Positions 15,885 to 24,815 of a DNA stretch of 64,000 bases are shown piece by piece (positions within the stretch are counted from its first letter, which is position 1; every line of letters begins with the position of its first letter). The DNA lies in the NCBI GenBank assembly GCA_045601405.1, contig JAZRZO010000020.1, positions 738 to 64,737 of the forward strand, given 5' to 3'. The stretch comes from Lachnospiraceae bacterium (GTDB taxonomy: Bacteria; Bacillota; Clostridia; Lachnospirales; Lachnospiraceae). The notes below the pieces were generated by a model. The model saw only the letters and a list, made by a program, of their open reading frames with translations, had not been told where the DNA came from and did not search any database. The position numbers were made by a program, and so were the translations under genes.

Positions 15885-16445
15885 TCAGCTTACAAGTCGC
15901 GCATTCCTCAGTGTGCAGAATAAGAAATTATCCTCAACATAGGTGTCAAAGGTGCCTATGACGGTGACATCATCCTGGTCAGCCGGGTAGTCCCGGGGGA
16001 ACACATAGTCGTCGGTAAGCTCAAATTCTATGCCCTGCGCGCAGCAAGCAGTGGCATCTTTTATTATACAGGAATAGTAATATCTGCCTGCGGTCTCGTC
16101 ATAATACTCATTGTACTGACCGCCCATCTTGACCGTTTTGCCTTTATACTGCTCCGGATCATACATCATGTTGGAGACCTCGGAATATACCATCGTGCTT
16201 GACATTGCGGTCAGGTCAACGTCCACATCAGGGTCAGCCTCATTCTTTTTTGAAGAGCTGCTGCCTGAGTTATCGTCAGAACTGTCTGTTTTCCCGTCAG
16301 CCTGATCCATCTGGTCCTGTATAACGTCCACTACATTGTTCCGGGCGTTATTTCTGTTTCCTGTTGAAGATGAGCTGCCGCAGCCGGCAAGAAGACATAC
16401 GGCCAGGATGACTGATGCGGTAAATATAAAAAGTTTTTTCTTCAT
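15885..16445 (-). CDS. Lipoprotein of unknown function, last gene of the metal ABC operon
   Basis: Signal peptide plus lipobox, MKKKLFIFTASVILAVCLLAGC. Low-complexity Ser/Asp/Asn linker. The C-domain has YSCIIKDATACCAQGIEFEL. Its start is 10 nt after the permease stop. Confidence 0.6.
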   Translation of the reverse strand: MKKKLFIFTASVILAVCLLAGCGSSSSTGNRNNARNNVVDVIQDQMDQADGKTDSSDDNSGSSSSKKNEADPDVDVDLTAMSSTMVYSEVSNMMYDPEQYKGKTVKMGGQYNEYYDETAGRYYYSCIIKDATACCAQGIEFELTDDYVFPRDYPADQDDVTVIGTFDTYVEDNFLFCTLRNARLVS

Positions 16446-16454
16446 GTCTTTCTC

Positions 16455-17300
16455 CTATGCACGGACGCCTCTTCGAAGAGCGCCTGCGATAAAACAAACG
16501 GCAAAGGCTATGACATCCACGCCTACGATGGTTGAGCCTACCGGCGTGCCTGCGAGTATGGAAATGAGTATGCCCAGAAGGGCGCAGACTACCGATAATA
16601 TTGCCGAAAATACAGTTACGGATTTAAAGTTCCCGAACAGTCTCATAGCGGAAAGCGCCGGGAATATGACAAGTGCCGATATCAGCAGAGAGCCGACCAG
16701 GTTCATCGCCAGAACTATTATAAAGGCGATGATGATGGCGATGATGAGGTTATACAGACCGGCTCTTATGCCTGATGCCCGCGCAAAGTCCTCATCAAAG
16801 GTAACGGCGAATATCTTGTTATAAAAGATAACGAACACAACCAGCACAACGGCGGAAAGTATGATGGATATCCAGACCTCCTGGGAGGTAAGGGTAAGTA
16901 TTGATGTGGAGCCGAAAAGCGTGCTGCATACATCTCCGGTAAGATTGGAGGATTTTGAAAAAATGTTCATTATAAGGTAGCCGAAGGCGAGAGCGCCGAC
17001 GGATATCATAGCGATGGCCGCGTCTCCCTTTATCCGGGTATTCTGTCCGGTCCTCAGAAGAAGTATGGCACTGAGCACGGTTATCGGGAGCACAAGAAGC
17101 GTCTGGTTTGTAAGGTTCAAGACGCTGGCGATAGCTATGGCTCCGAAAGCAACATGACTGAGTCCGTCGCCGATGAACGAAAAACGCTTTAATACCAGTG
17201 TAACGCCTAAAAGAGAGGAACAGAGGGCAACCAGAACGCCCACTATTATGGCATATCTCACAAAAGGATATTGAAGATAGTTGATCAGCTCGTCAAACAT
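16455..17300 (-). CDS. Metal (Zn/Mn-type) ABC transporter permease, ZnuB/TroC-like
   Basis: LSHVAFGAIAIA and GDAAIAMISVGALAFG motifs with a multi-TM profile. The likely start is ATG 17300 (MFDELINY), overlapping the ATPase stop. Confidence 0.75.
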   Translation of the reverse strand: MFDELINYLQYPFVRYAIIVGVLVALCSSLLGVTLVLKRFSFIGDGLSHVAFGAIAIASVLNLTNQTLLVLPITVLSAILLLRTGQNTRIKGDAAIAMISVGALAFGYLIMNIFSKSSNLTGDVCSTLFGSTSILTLTSQEVWISIILSAVVLVVFVIFYNKIFAVTFDEDFARASGIRAGLYNLIIAIIIAFIIVLAMNLVGSLLISALVIFPALSAMRLFGNFKSVTVFSAILSVVCALLGILISILAGTPVGSTIVGVDVIAFAVCFIAGALRRGVRA

Positions 17301-18015
17301 TGCCCTGCGCCTCCGCATTGTTATCAGCGTTAAGAAACAGCTTTCCTGCCCCGGTGTTTTTGTACTCTTCGACTGTACCGAAGAAGAAAGGCTTTCCCGG
17401 ATTTAATATATGGGTAGCGTATTTTACCGCTTCGGTTATGTCATGAGAGATCATTACTATAGTTATGCCCTCGCGGTTAAGCTGAGCTATGAGCTCATAC
17501 ATATTTGCGGATGCCACCGGGTCAAGCCCCGATACAGGCTCATCTAAGAGGATGAGCTTTTGCGTGGCGCACAGCGCTCTGGCTAAGAGTACCCGCTGCT
17601 GCAGACCGCCGGACAGTTCCCTGTAGCAGCGTTTTTCAAGCTGGAGTATGCCAAGCTTCTCCATGTTGGCTCTGGCGGCCGACTTATCCTGTTTGTTGTA
17701 AAAAGGCTGCATTCCCTTCTGCCCCTGAAAGCCGGAGACAACTATCTCCATAACAGAAGCGGGAAAGTCCTTCTGGTATGAGGTCTGCTGAGGAAGATAC
17801 CCTATCTCGGTTTTCAGCAGACCGTCGCCGAAATGAATGCTTCCCTGTATCGGCGGGATAAGTCCCAGGATGGTACGCATCAGTGTTGTCTTGCCGGAGC
17901 CGTTTTCCCCGACAATACAAAGATAGCTGCCGCTGTCAATGGAAAAAGACAGGCCGCTGACTATTTCGTGCTGGTCATATCCTATACTAAGACCGGTTGC
18001 CGTGATTAATGACAT
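17293..18015 (-). CDS. Metal ABC transporter ATP-binding protein, ZnuC-like
   Basis: Walker A GENGSGKTT, signature LSGGLQQR, Walker B LILLDEP. Confidence 0.85.
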   Translation of the reverse strand: MSLITATGLSIGYDQHEIVSGLSFSIDSGSYLCIVGENGSGKTTLMRTILGLIPPIQGSIHFGDGLLKTEIGYLPQQTSYQKDFPASVMEIVVSGFQGQKGMQPFYNKQDKSAARANMEKLGILQLEKRCYRELSGGLQQRVLLARALCATQKLILLDEPVSGLDPVASANMYELIAQLNREGITIVMISHDITEAVKYATHILNPGKPFFFGTVEEYKNTGAGKLFLNADNNAEAQGNV

Positions 18016-18195
18016 TTTTAACCTCTGTACAATGCCGCCCCGGTAATGACGGGTCGGCCTTCAAAATCCATTACATCATATAACAAAAATGTTAAAATTT
18101 AAAGGAATTATACGATTGCCGTAACCGGAAAAAAGTGCGAAAATAAAAAAAAGAAGAAAAAAGACTCGCCATGGATATGGAAAGGAGAGAAAGAT

Positions 18196-18492
18196 ATGGG
18201 AAAAGAGGAATGGAAAGAGACAGGAAGGGAGCTCGGAGACGCGGCTCAGGGACTGGCTAAAACGATGATAAGATCAGCCTTTACCGGACTTGATAAGGCA
18301 AAGGAATGGGCGGAAAGCGAAGACGGCGCAGCAGTAGGCGCCGAAGCCGGAAGCAATGTGTTTAACGACGGGAGCTGGCGGAAAACGGGCAAGGATATAG
18401 GAAAAGCAATGAAGAGTGTAGGCCGGACTATAACAGGAACGGCGAAACAGGCTGGTACAGAACAGGAAAGCAATACAGATGGCGAAGATTAA
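18196..18492 (+). CDS. Small hydrophilic protein with internal duplication
   Basis: EWKETGRELGDAAQGLAKT and SWRKTGKDIGKAMKSVGRT are repeat halves. RBS AAAGGAGAG. Confidence 0.4.
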   Translation: MGKEEWKETGRELGDAAQGLAKTMIRSAFTGLDKAKEWAESEDGAAVGAEAGSNVFNDGSWRKTGKDIGKAMKSVGRTITGTAKQAGTEQESNTDGED

Positions 18493-20020
18493 AACATACA
18501 GAGGACATATCAGAAACTGGAGAGAGTTGTGCGGACAGCTGCAGATATCCCCGGAGGCGGACAGGCGTGAAAGGGAGCTTCAGATCATTGAAAAAGCATA
18601 TGATAAGTGGCGCGAGGACATAGGCAGCCATCTCATAGGAATGTTTGCATTCGCGATCTGGGATGAGGAGACGCAGGAGCTGTTCGCGTGCAGAGACCAC
18701 TTCGGCACGAAACCCTTTTACTACTACGAAACAAAGGATAAAAACCTGCTTTTCGGGACATTTATCAGGGACATAATGAAGGAAGAGGGATTTGTGAAGG
18801 AACTTAATGAAGACCTTCTTCAGATCTACCTCACGCTGACCTATGTTGCGGGAGAGGACACCTTCTTCAAGGGCGTAAAAAAACTGCTGCCGGGCAGATA
18901 CCTTAAGTGGAGCCCCGGACCTGAAGGAAGGCTTGAGATAAAAAGATACTGGAAGCCGGAGTTTTCCCCTAATGAGGATAAGACTCTGGCGGAATGGGCG
19001 GATGAGATAAACCGCACTATGGATATCATCATGCCGGAGGTAAAGGATGAGGAAGAGAGCGCAGGTTCTTTTCTCTCCGGCGGAGTGGACTCCTCATATG
19101 TGCTTGCGGTGAGTGACGCTAAGGAGGCCTTTACGATAGGGTATGACGACGAAAGGTTCGACGAAAGCCCGCTGGCGCAGCAGACCGCGGACATACTGGG
19201 AAGAAAACTCATAAGACGGAAAATAGAGCCGGAGGAATATTTCGGGATAGTTCCGTGGGTAATGGAAAATATGGAGCAGCCGTTAGGAGATGCCTCCGCT
19301 ATCGCCTTTGCGATAGGCTGTCGGGCGGCAAAAGAGCACACTTCGCTCTGCTACTCCGGAGAAGGCTCAGATGAATTCTTCGGCGGTTATAATATGTACA
19401 GGAATGCCGAAAGGTACGGAGACGCGCTTAAAACCTTCTACGTGGGAAACACAAACATAATGAAAGAGGACGAAAAAAGAGCTCTTCTTAAAAATTATAA
19501 GGAAGGTATTCTTCCGATAGACCTTGTCAGGGATATTTATGAGGAAACAGAAGGCTATGATCCGCTGACGAAAATGTCTGATGTGGATATTCAGATATGG
19601 CTGGAGGGCGATATATACCTGAACGTTGATAAGATGAGCGAGGCCGCCGGCATTGAGATCCGTATGCCGCTGACAGACATCAGGATGTTTGACATCGCCT
19701 CCCGGATTCCTGCCGCGTTTAAGGTGAATGAGGAGCAGAACAAGGTTGCTTTCAGAACGGCGGCGCTAAGTATGATACCGGAAGAGGTGGCGTTCAGGAA
19801 GAAACTCGGCTTTATCGTTCCGATACGCCACTGGATGTCGGACGACCGGTATAATTCCGATATAAAGAAAACTCTGCGCTCGAAAGAGGCAGAGCAGTTC
19901 TTTAATATTGAAGAAGTGGAAAAGATATGGGATGCCTACACCGGCGGGGATTCAGACCTCTGGCGCAAGCTGTGGACCATCTATACCTTTCTTGTATGGT
20001 ACAGGCAGTACTTTACTTAG
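18479..20020 (+). CDS. Asparagine synthetase B-like protein lacking the N-terminal Cys nucleophile
   Basis: GMFAFAIWDEETQELFACRDHFGTKPFYYY (end of the Ntn domain) and SFLSGGVDSS (PP-loop). There is no MCG start, and an in-frame stop lies at 18431-18433. Confidence 0.75.
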   Translation: MAKIKTYRGHIRNWRELCGQLQISPEADRRERELQIIEKAYDKWREDIGSHLIGMFAFAIWDEETQELFACRDHFGTKPFYYYETKDKNLLFGTFIRDIMKEEGFVKELNEDLLQIYLTLTYVAGEDTFFKGVKKLLPGRYLKWSPGPEGRLEIKRYWKPEFSPNEDKTLAEWADEINRTMDIIMPEVKDEEESAGSFLSGGVDSSYVLAVSDAKEAFTIGYDDERFDESPLAQQTADILGRKLIRRKIEPEEYFGIVPWVMENMEQPLGDASAIAFAIGCRAAKEHTSLCYSGEGSDEFFGGYNMYRNAERYGDALKTFYVGNTNIMKEDEKRALLKNYKEGILPIDLVRDIYEETEGYDPLTKMSDVDIQIWLEGDIYLNVDKMSEAAGIEIRMPLTDIRMFDIASRIPAAFKVNEEQNKVAFRTAALSMIPEEVAFRKKLGFIVPIRHWMSDDRYNSDIKKTLRSKEAEQFFNIEEVEKIWDAYTGGDSDLWRKLWTIYTFLVWYRQYFT

Positions 20021-21218
20021 AAAGCCCCAGCTTTTCCCCCATTTCTATGATATGAGGCGTTGCCCTCATGATCATGTCATAAGATACGCAGTAAGCAAAT
20101 CTCACATACCCGGGGCAGTCAAAGGCTGCTCCGGCTGAGCATAATATCTGATATTTTTCTTTCGCGAACGCGACAAACTCATGATCGTTCTCCATCGGGC
20201 TTTTTATAAACATATAGAATGTTCCCTTCGGGGGCACATACTCAAAGCCGGCCTTGTCAAAGGCGTCCATTAAGGCTTTTCTGTTCCTGTCATATGCCGC
20301 GATATCGGTGGTTATATCCAGCGTGTCGACGATAGCGAGCTGCTGAAGTGAAGGCGCGTTAACGCAGCCGATGACTCTTATTCCGATCGCCGAAGCGTCG
20401 ATGATGCGATCGCTCTCCTCAGCCTCGTCCGGGATAAGCAGATAGCCGATACGCTCACCGGGAAGGCTCAGTGACTTACTGAATGAGTAGCATACCAGAG
20501 TGTTTTTATAATATTTGGTAAGGAACGGTACCTCGACCCCGTCATATACGATCTCCCTGTACGGCTCGTCTGAGATAAGGAAGATGGGCCGGCCGTATTT
20601 TTCCTCGGCATCGCTCATAACCTTTGCCAGGGCCTTTATAGTTTCCTCGTCATAAACAACCCCGGCAGGGTTGTTGGGATTATCTATGATAACGGCGCGG
20701 GTCTTTTCGTTTATGGCGGAAGCGAATGCCTCCATATCCGGCATAAAGGACGGGGGGTTCGGAGGAACTACCCTGGTCACGCCGCCGAAATCCGAGATAT
20801 AGTTTCTGTATTCCAGAAAGAATGGGGCGAAGACTATCACCTCGTCGCCCGGATCGATCAGTATCTTCATGGCAATAACGAAGGCATTGGCCGCACCGAC
20901 CGTCATGGTGACATTTCTGGTGTCAAAGCTTGTTCCAAAGCGTTTATTAAGGTTTTCCGCTATGGCTTTTCTTGAAACCTCATAGCCGGCATTGCTCATA
21001 TAGCCATGCAGGGTGTTGCTGTCGGTTGTGTCTATTACTTTTTTAAGAGACTTGTTGAATTCTTCCGGTGCGGGAACGCTGGGATTTCCGAGACTGAAAT
21101 CATATACGGCTTCGTCACCGTATATTTTTCTCATTTTCTTTCCCTCTTCAAACATGGTGCGAAGTGTGGAACCTGTGGCCAGCAGCCTTTCCATTTCTTC
21201 GGAGATGACTTTACTCAT
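20013..21218 (-). CDS. Class I/II PLP-dependent aminotransferase
   Basis: SFSKSLSLPGERIGY (PLP lysine) and IIDNPNNPAGVVY. The likely start is ATG 21218 (MSKVISEE) with an AAGAGG RBS. Confidence 0.85.
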   Translation of the reverse strand: MSKVISEEMERLLATGSTLRTMFEEGKKMRKIYGDEAVYDFSLGNPSVPAPEEFNKSLKKVIDTTDSNTLHGYMSNAGYEVSRKAIAENLNKRFGTSFDTRNVTMTVGAANAFVIAMKILIDPGDEVIVFAPFFLEYRNYISDFGGVTRVVPPNPPSFMPDMEAFASAINEKTRAVIIDNPNNPAGVVYDEETIKALAKVMSDAEEKYGRPIFLISDEPYREIVYDGVEVPFLTKYYKNTLVCYSFSKSLSLPGERIGYLLIPDEAEESDRIIDASAIGIRVIGCVNAPSLQQLAIVDTLDITTDIAAYDRNRKALMDAFDKAGFEYVPPKGTFYMFIKSPMENDHEFVAFAKEKYQILCSAGAAFDCPGYVRFAYCVSYDMIMRATPHIIEMGEKLGLSK

Positions 21219-21450
21219 ATCAATGACCTCTTTCCTGATTATCTTACTGTACACGGCTAAACAACCGCAGAATATCAACCACGATTTTACATCCTTGAAT
21301 TACCAACTTCAAGGAAAACCTCATTGCGCGAGGCCGGGCGCAACTTGTTATTTAAAATGCGGTGTATTATAATCAATAACCGGATGAACAAAAAGTGAGG
21401 ACGATATATCCGCTCTGAGGGCAAGCCCTTTCTGAGCTGAGGTGACACAA

Positions 21451-21876
21451 ATGAAAAAGCTTGTAACAGCTGCGATCTGCATATCGTTGTCCGCGATCCT
21501 CCTTGCGGGCTGCTCCGGCGGCAAGGGAAAAAAGACAGACGCGGATGATGAGGCAGCCAAGGCCAAACTTGTAGGCGAATGGGAGCAGATCAGTGAAGAT
21601 GGAAGCCCGTCACTCCCGGAAATGGGAATTCCTTCGGGCTATATTTTTGAACAGGACAATACGGGTCTGGATACATTCTGGGATCTTTCGTTCAGGTATA
21701 CAGTTTCCGGGGATATCATCCATATAACATATGACGACAGCATTGCCGATGAGACCGACTATGAATATACGATCAAAGACGGCATCCTTACCATGACAAG
21801 AACAAACGATGACGCGATAGCAATGGTGTATAAAAAGCTTCCGGAAGAAGACAAGCATCCGGAAGAGGGCAATTAA
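21451..21876 (+). CDS. Small lipoprotein of unknown function
   Basis: MKKLVTAAICISLSAILLAGCSGG signal peptide and lipobox. ATG 21451 is preceded by GAGGTG. Confidence 0.6.
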   Translation: MKKLVTAAICISLSAILLAGCSGGKGKKTDADDEAAKAKLVGEWEQISEDGSPSLPEMGIPSGYIFEQDNTGLDTFWDLSFRYTVSGDIIHITYDDSIADETDYEYTIKDGILTMTRTNDDAIAMVYKKLPEEDKHPEEGN

Positions 21877-21891
21877 AAAGTCTTTCAGGGT

Positions 21892-22845
21892 TTAATCAAC
21901 CGTACGATCTCTGAGCAGCACAACCACATATCTGTATTCGTCGCTGCCGTCCCAGGTGCAGGTGGACAAGGTGATGAGCCTGGACTCAGGCGTTATGGGA
22001 GCATGTTCGGTGCTGTAGCTTCCGGCGCTGACAGCGCTATCGGCGAAGCGGAGGAAGTCATTGTCATCAGCGAAGCTGTAGGTATAGATGAAACCGTCCA
22101 CAGGCGTTGTGAAGGCGGATATAACCTTGTACACATAATGATGCTCCGGAGTATAGACATCAAACTCCTTGTGAGCCTCATAGTATGAATATTCGTCAAA
22201 CTTCCCGAGCTTTCCGAACATCGAGCCGTCGTTCATGTTATGACCGTAGATCACGCAGTTGCGTGCCTCAAGTCCTTCCTGTATGCGGTAATCTATGAAC
22301 AAAGAGCCGGCAGGATTATATTCGCCGTTGAACATAGTGTAGAGATATACGTCATTGTTGTCTGTCTGAACTATAGGATAAGAGACTACATCTGTGCAGT
22401 GGAGATAGCCTTTCGCCTCGGGGTTTTCCGCGAAAAGCGCGGAGAAATCCCACTTCCATTCGTCTGCTCCCTCGTCTGAGAAGATCTTATCGATCTTTTT
22501 ATATGTATCGTTGGCGGTTTTATACTGGAGCCATATTGAGATAAGCTTTATTCCGGAAAAAAGGAAAACGCCTATGGCAAGTGTAAGTATAATGGAAAAA
22601 ACAGCTGTCGCGACCCTGGAACGGGGGTTTTCAGGGGGCTTTTTGCTTTTAGCTTTTTTAGCCTTTGAAGTGCCTCCAGTATCCGGGGCAGACTTTTTTT
22701 TGACTGAAGGTGATGGTTCTGAAGCTTCGGGTCTGCGCTTTCGGGCATCAGCCTCGCGACCCGTTCCTGCCGTTCCTGAGGGTTCTTCGAACTCTTCTGA
22801 AAACAGTTTTTCAACCTCGCTGTATTTACCGTTTCTGTCTGCCAT
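21892..22845 (-). CDS. srtB: Class B sortase with long basic/Pro-rich N-terminal extension
   Basis: VIYGHNMNDGSMFGKL and LITLSTCT catalytic motifs. The first roughly 90 residues are Lys/Pro/Ser-rich and are followed by a TM helix. Confidence 0.8.
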   Translation of the reverse strand: MADRNGKYSEVEKLFSEEFEEPSGTAGTGREADARKRRPEASEPSPSVKKKSAPDTGGTSKAKKAKSKKPPENPRSRVATAVFSIILTLAIGVFLFSGIKLISIWLQYKTANDTYKKIDKIFSDEGADEWKWDFSALFAENPEAKGYLHCTDVVSYPIVQTDNNDVYLYTMFNGEYNPAGSLFIDYRIQEGLEARNCVIYGHNMNDGSMFGKLGKFDEYSYYEAHKEFDVYTPEHHYVYKVISAFTTPVDGFIYTYSFADDNDFLRFADSAVSAGSYSTEHAPITPESRLITLSTCTWDGSDEYRYVVVLLRDRTVD

Positions 22846-22931
22846 CAGTAACCTCGTTCATCAAAAATATCGAAAAGGATTATAACACAGCAAGCCTTGA
22901 TTTTAAATAATATTTCCATTAAATTATAGGC

Positions 22932-24758
22932 ATGTTTGATATATCTGAAGAACTTAAAAAGCTGCCGGGAGCCCCCGGTGTATATATACATCATGACGCT
23001 TCCGGAGAGATCATATACATCGGAAAAGCCAAAAATCTGAAAAATCGCGTGAGTCAGTATTTTCAGACCAGCCGTGCGCGTTCTCCAAAGATAGATAAGA
23101 TGGTGAGCCGCATCGGCTCCTTTGAATATATAGTAACGGACAGCGAAACAGAGGCGCTTATCCTGGAAAACAACCTGATAAAAGAGCATCGTCCGCGGTA
23201 TAACACTATGCTGAAGGATGATAAGACTTATCCTTACATCAGGCTGAATATCACCGATCCGTTCCCGAAGCTCGCCCTGACCCGCAAGCTCAAAAAGGAC
23301 AAAGATAAATATTTCGGGCCATATCCGAATGCCTCGGCGGTGCATGACTGCATAAAACTACTTAATGCAGTATATAAGCTGAGGACCTGCAGACGCAAGC
23401 TGCCCGGGGATATAGGCAGAGAAAGGCCATGCCTTAATTACCACCTTGGAAAATGTGACGCTCCATGCGCAGGATACATAAGCATGGAGGAATACGCCGG
23501 GAAGATTGAGCCCGTAAGGAAATTCCTTGAGGGGAATCCCGGAGAGATAGAAAGCTATATCAGGAATAATATGAATGCTGCGTCCGATCGCCTTGAGTTT
23601 GAGGAGGCCGGAAAATGGAAGCAGCTCCTCGCCTCATGCATGGCAATATCCGCCAGACAGAAGATGGAATATTCGCCCGGAGAAGACAGGGATGTTATCG
23701 GCCTTGCGGTTTCAGGTTTTGAGGCGGTAATACAGATATTCTTTATAAGGGGAGGGAAGCTTATCGACCGGGAACATTTTTATATGAGCGTTGCCCCGGA
23801 TGAAAGAGAGAACGATATTGTTGCAAGCTTCATAAAACAGTATTATTCGGGAACTCCGTATATGCCGTCTGAGATACTGCTCCCCTGTGATATCGAAGAC
23901 AGGGACGCTATTGAAGAGCTGTTAAGGCAAAAAGCCTCGCGAAAGGTTGCCGTTACAGTCCCTCAAAAGGGGAAAAAGGAGAAGCTGGTGGAACTTGCCG
24001 AAAAGAATGCGGAGCTCGTCCTTGAGCAGGACAGAGAGAAGCTTAAAAGGGAAGAGATGCAGACAAAGGGCGCTGTAACCGAGATAAGCCGTATGCTTGG
24101 CATAAATTACGCGAAACGCATAGAATCCTATGATATATCAAATATATCCGGATACCTTTCGGTAGGCTCAATGGTTGTGTTTGAGGATGGAAAGCCGAAA
24201 AAGAACGACTACAGAAAATTCAGGATCAGGACCGTGATAGGGTCCGATGATTACGCCAGTATGGCAGAGGTGCTTGCCAGAAGATTTGAACACAGGGAAT
24301 GGCAGAGGCCGGACATGCTGCTGATAGACGGAGGGCGCGGACAGGTAAATGCCGTAAAGGAGGTTCTGGAAAGGCTTTCGGAGGATATACCGGTCTGCGG
24401 AATGGTAAAGGATGACCGCCACAGGACAAGAGGGCTCTTATACGAGAACCGGGAATATAACATGGACAGGACAAAGGAACTGTTTAAGCTCATCACAAGG
24501 ATACAGGATGAGACTCACAGGTTTGCGATCGAATATCACAGAAGTTTAAGGAGCAAGGGACAGATACATTCCGTTCTGGATGACATTCCGGGAATAGGCC
24601 CGAAAAGAAGACTTGCCCTTATAAGGCATTTTAAATCCATCGACGCAATAAAGGCGGCTGATAAGGAGGAGCTTGCAGCTGTTGAGGGCATGAATGAAAG
24701 AGCCGCGGAGGCTGTGTTTGACGCGTTCCGGCAAGAGACTAAGGATGTTGTCTCTTAA
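22932..24758 (+). CDS. uvrC: Excinuclease ABC subunit C
   Basis: GIY-YIG GVYIHHDASGEIIYIGKAKNLKNRVSQY, a UVR domain (LEFEEAGKWKQLL) and a C-terminal HhH (IPGIGPKRRLALIRHF). Confidence 0.95.
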   Translation: MFDISEELKKLPGAPGVYIHHDASGEIIYIGKAKNLKNRVSQYFQTSRARSPKIDKMVSRIGSFEYIVTDSETEALILENNLIKEHRPRYNTMLKDDKTYPYIRLNITDPFPKLALTRKLKKDKDKYFGPYPNASAVHDCIKLLNAVYKLRTCRRKLPGDIGRERPCLNYHLGKCDAPCAGYISMEEYAGKIEPVRKFLEGNPGEIESYIRNNMNAASDRLEFEEAGKWKQLLASCMAISARQKMEYSPGEDRDVIGLAVSGFEAVIQIFFIRGGKLIDREHFYMSVAPDERENDIVASFIKQYYSGTPYMPSEILLPCDIEDRDAIEELLRQKASRKVAVTVPQKGKKEKLVELAEKNAELVLEQDREKLKREEMQTKGAVTEISRMLGINYAKRIESYDISNISGYLSVGSMVVFEDGKPKKNDYRKFRIRTVIGSDDYASMAEVLARRFEHREWQRPDMLLIDGGRGQVNAVKEVLERLSEDIPVCGMVKDDRHRTRGLLYENREYNMDRTKELFKLITRIQDETHRFAIEYHRSLRSKGQIHSVLDDIPGIGPKRRLALIRHFKSIDAIKAADKEELAAVEGMNERAAEAVFDAFRQETKDVVS

Positions 24759-24815
24759 AGACAGAAACGGACTTTTCAGTTGCAAAACCTGCTTGCGGGC
24801 ACTGTCAAGCATTTT

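Noticed and set aside
18016-18195. Possible Zur box or riboswitch upstream of the metal ABC operon
   Set aside because: Only a partial half-site (AATCGTA) and an imperfect GC hairpin are present. Neither is convincing by eye.
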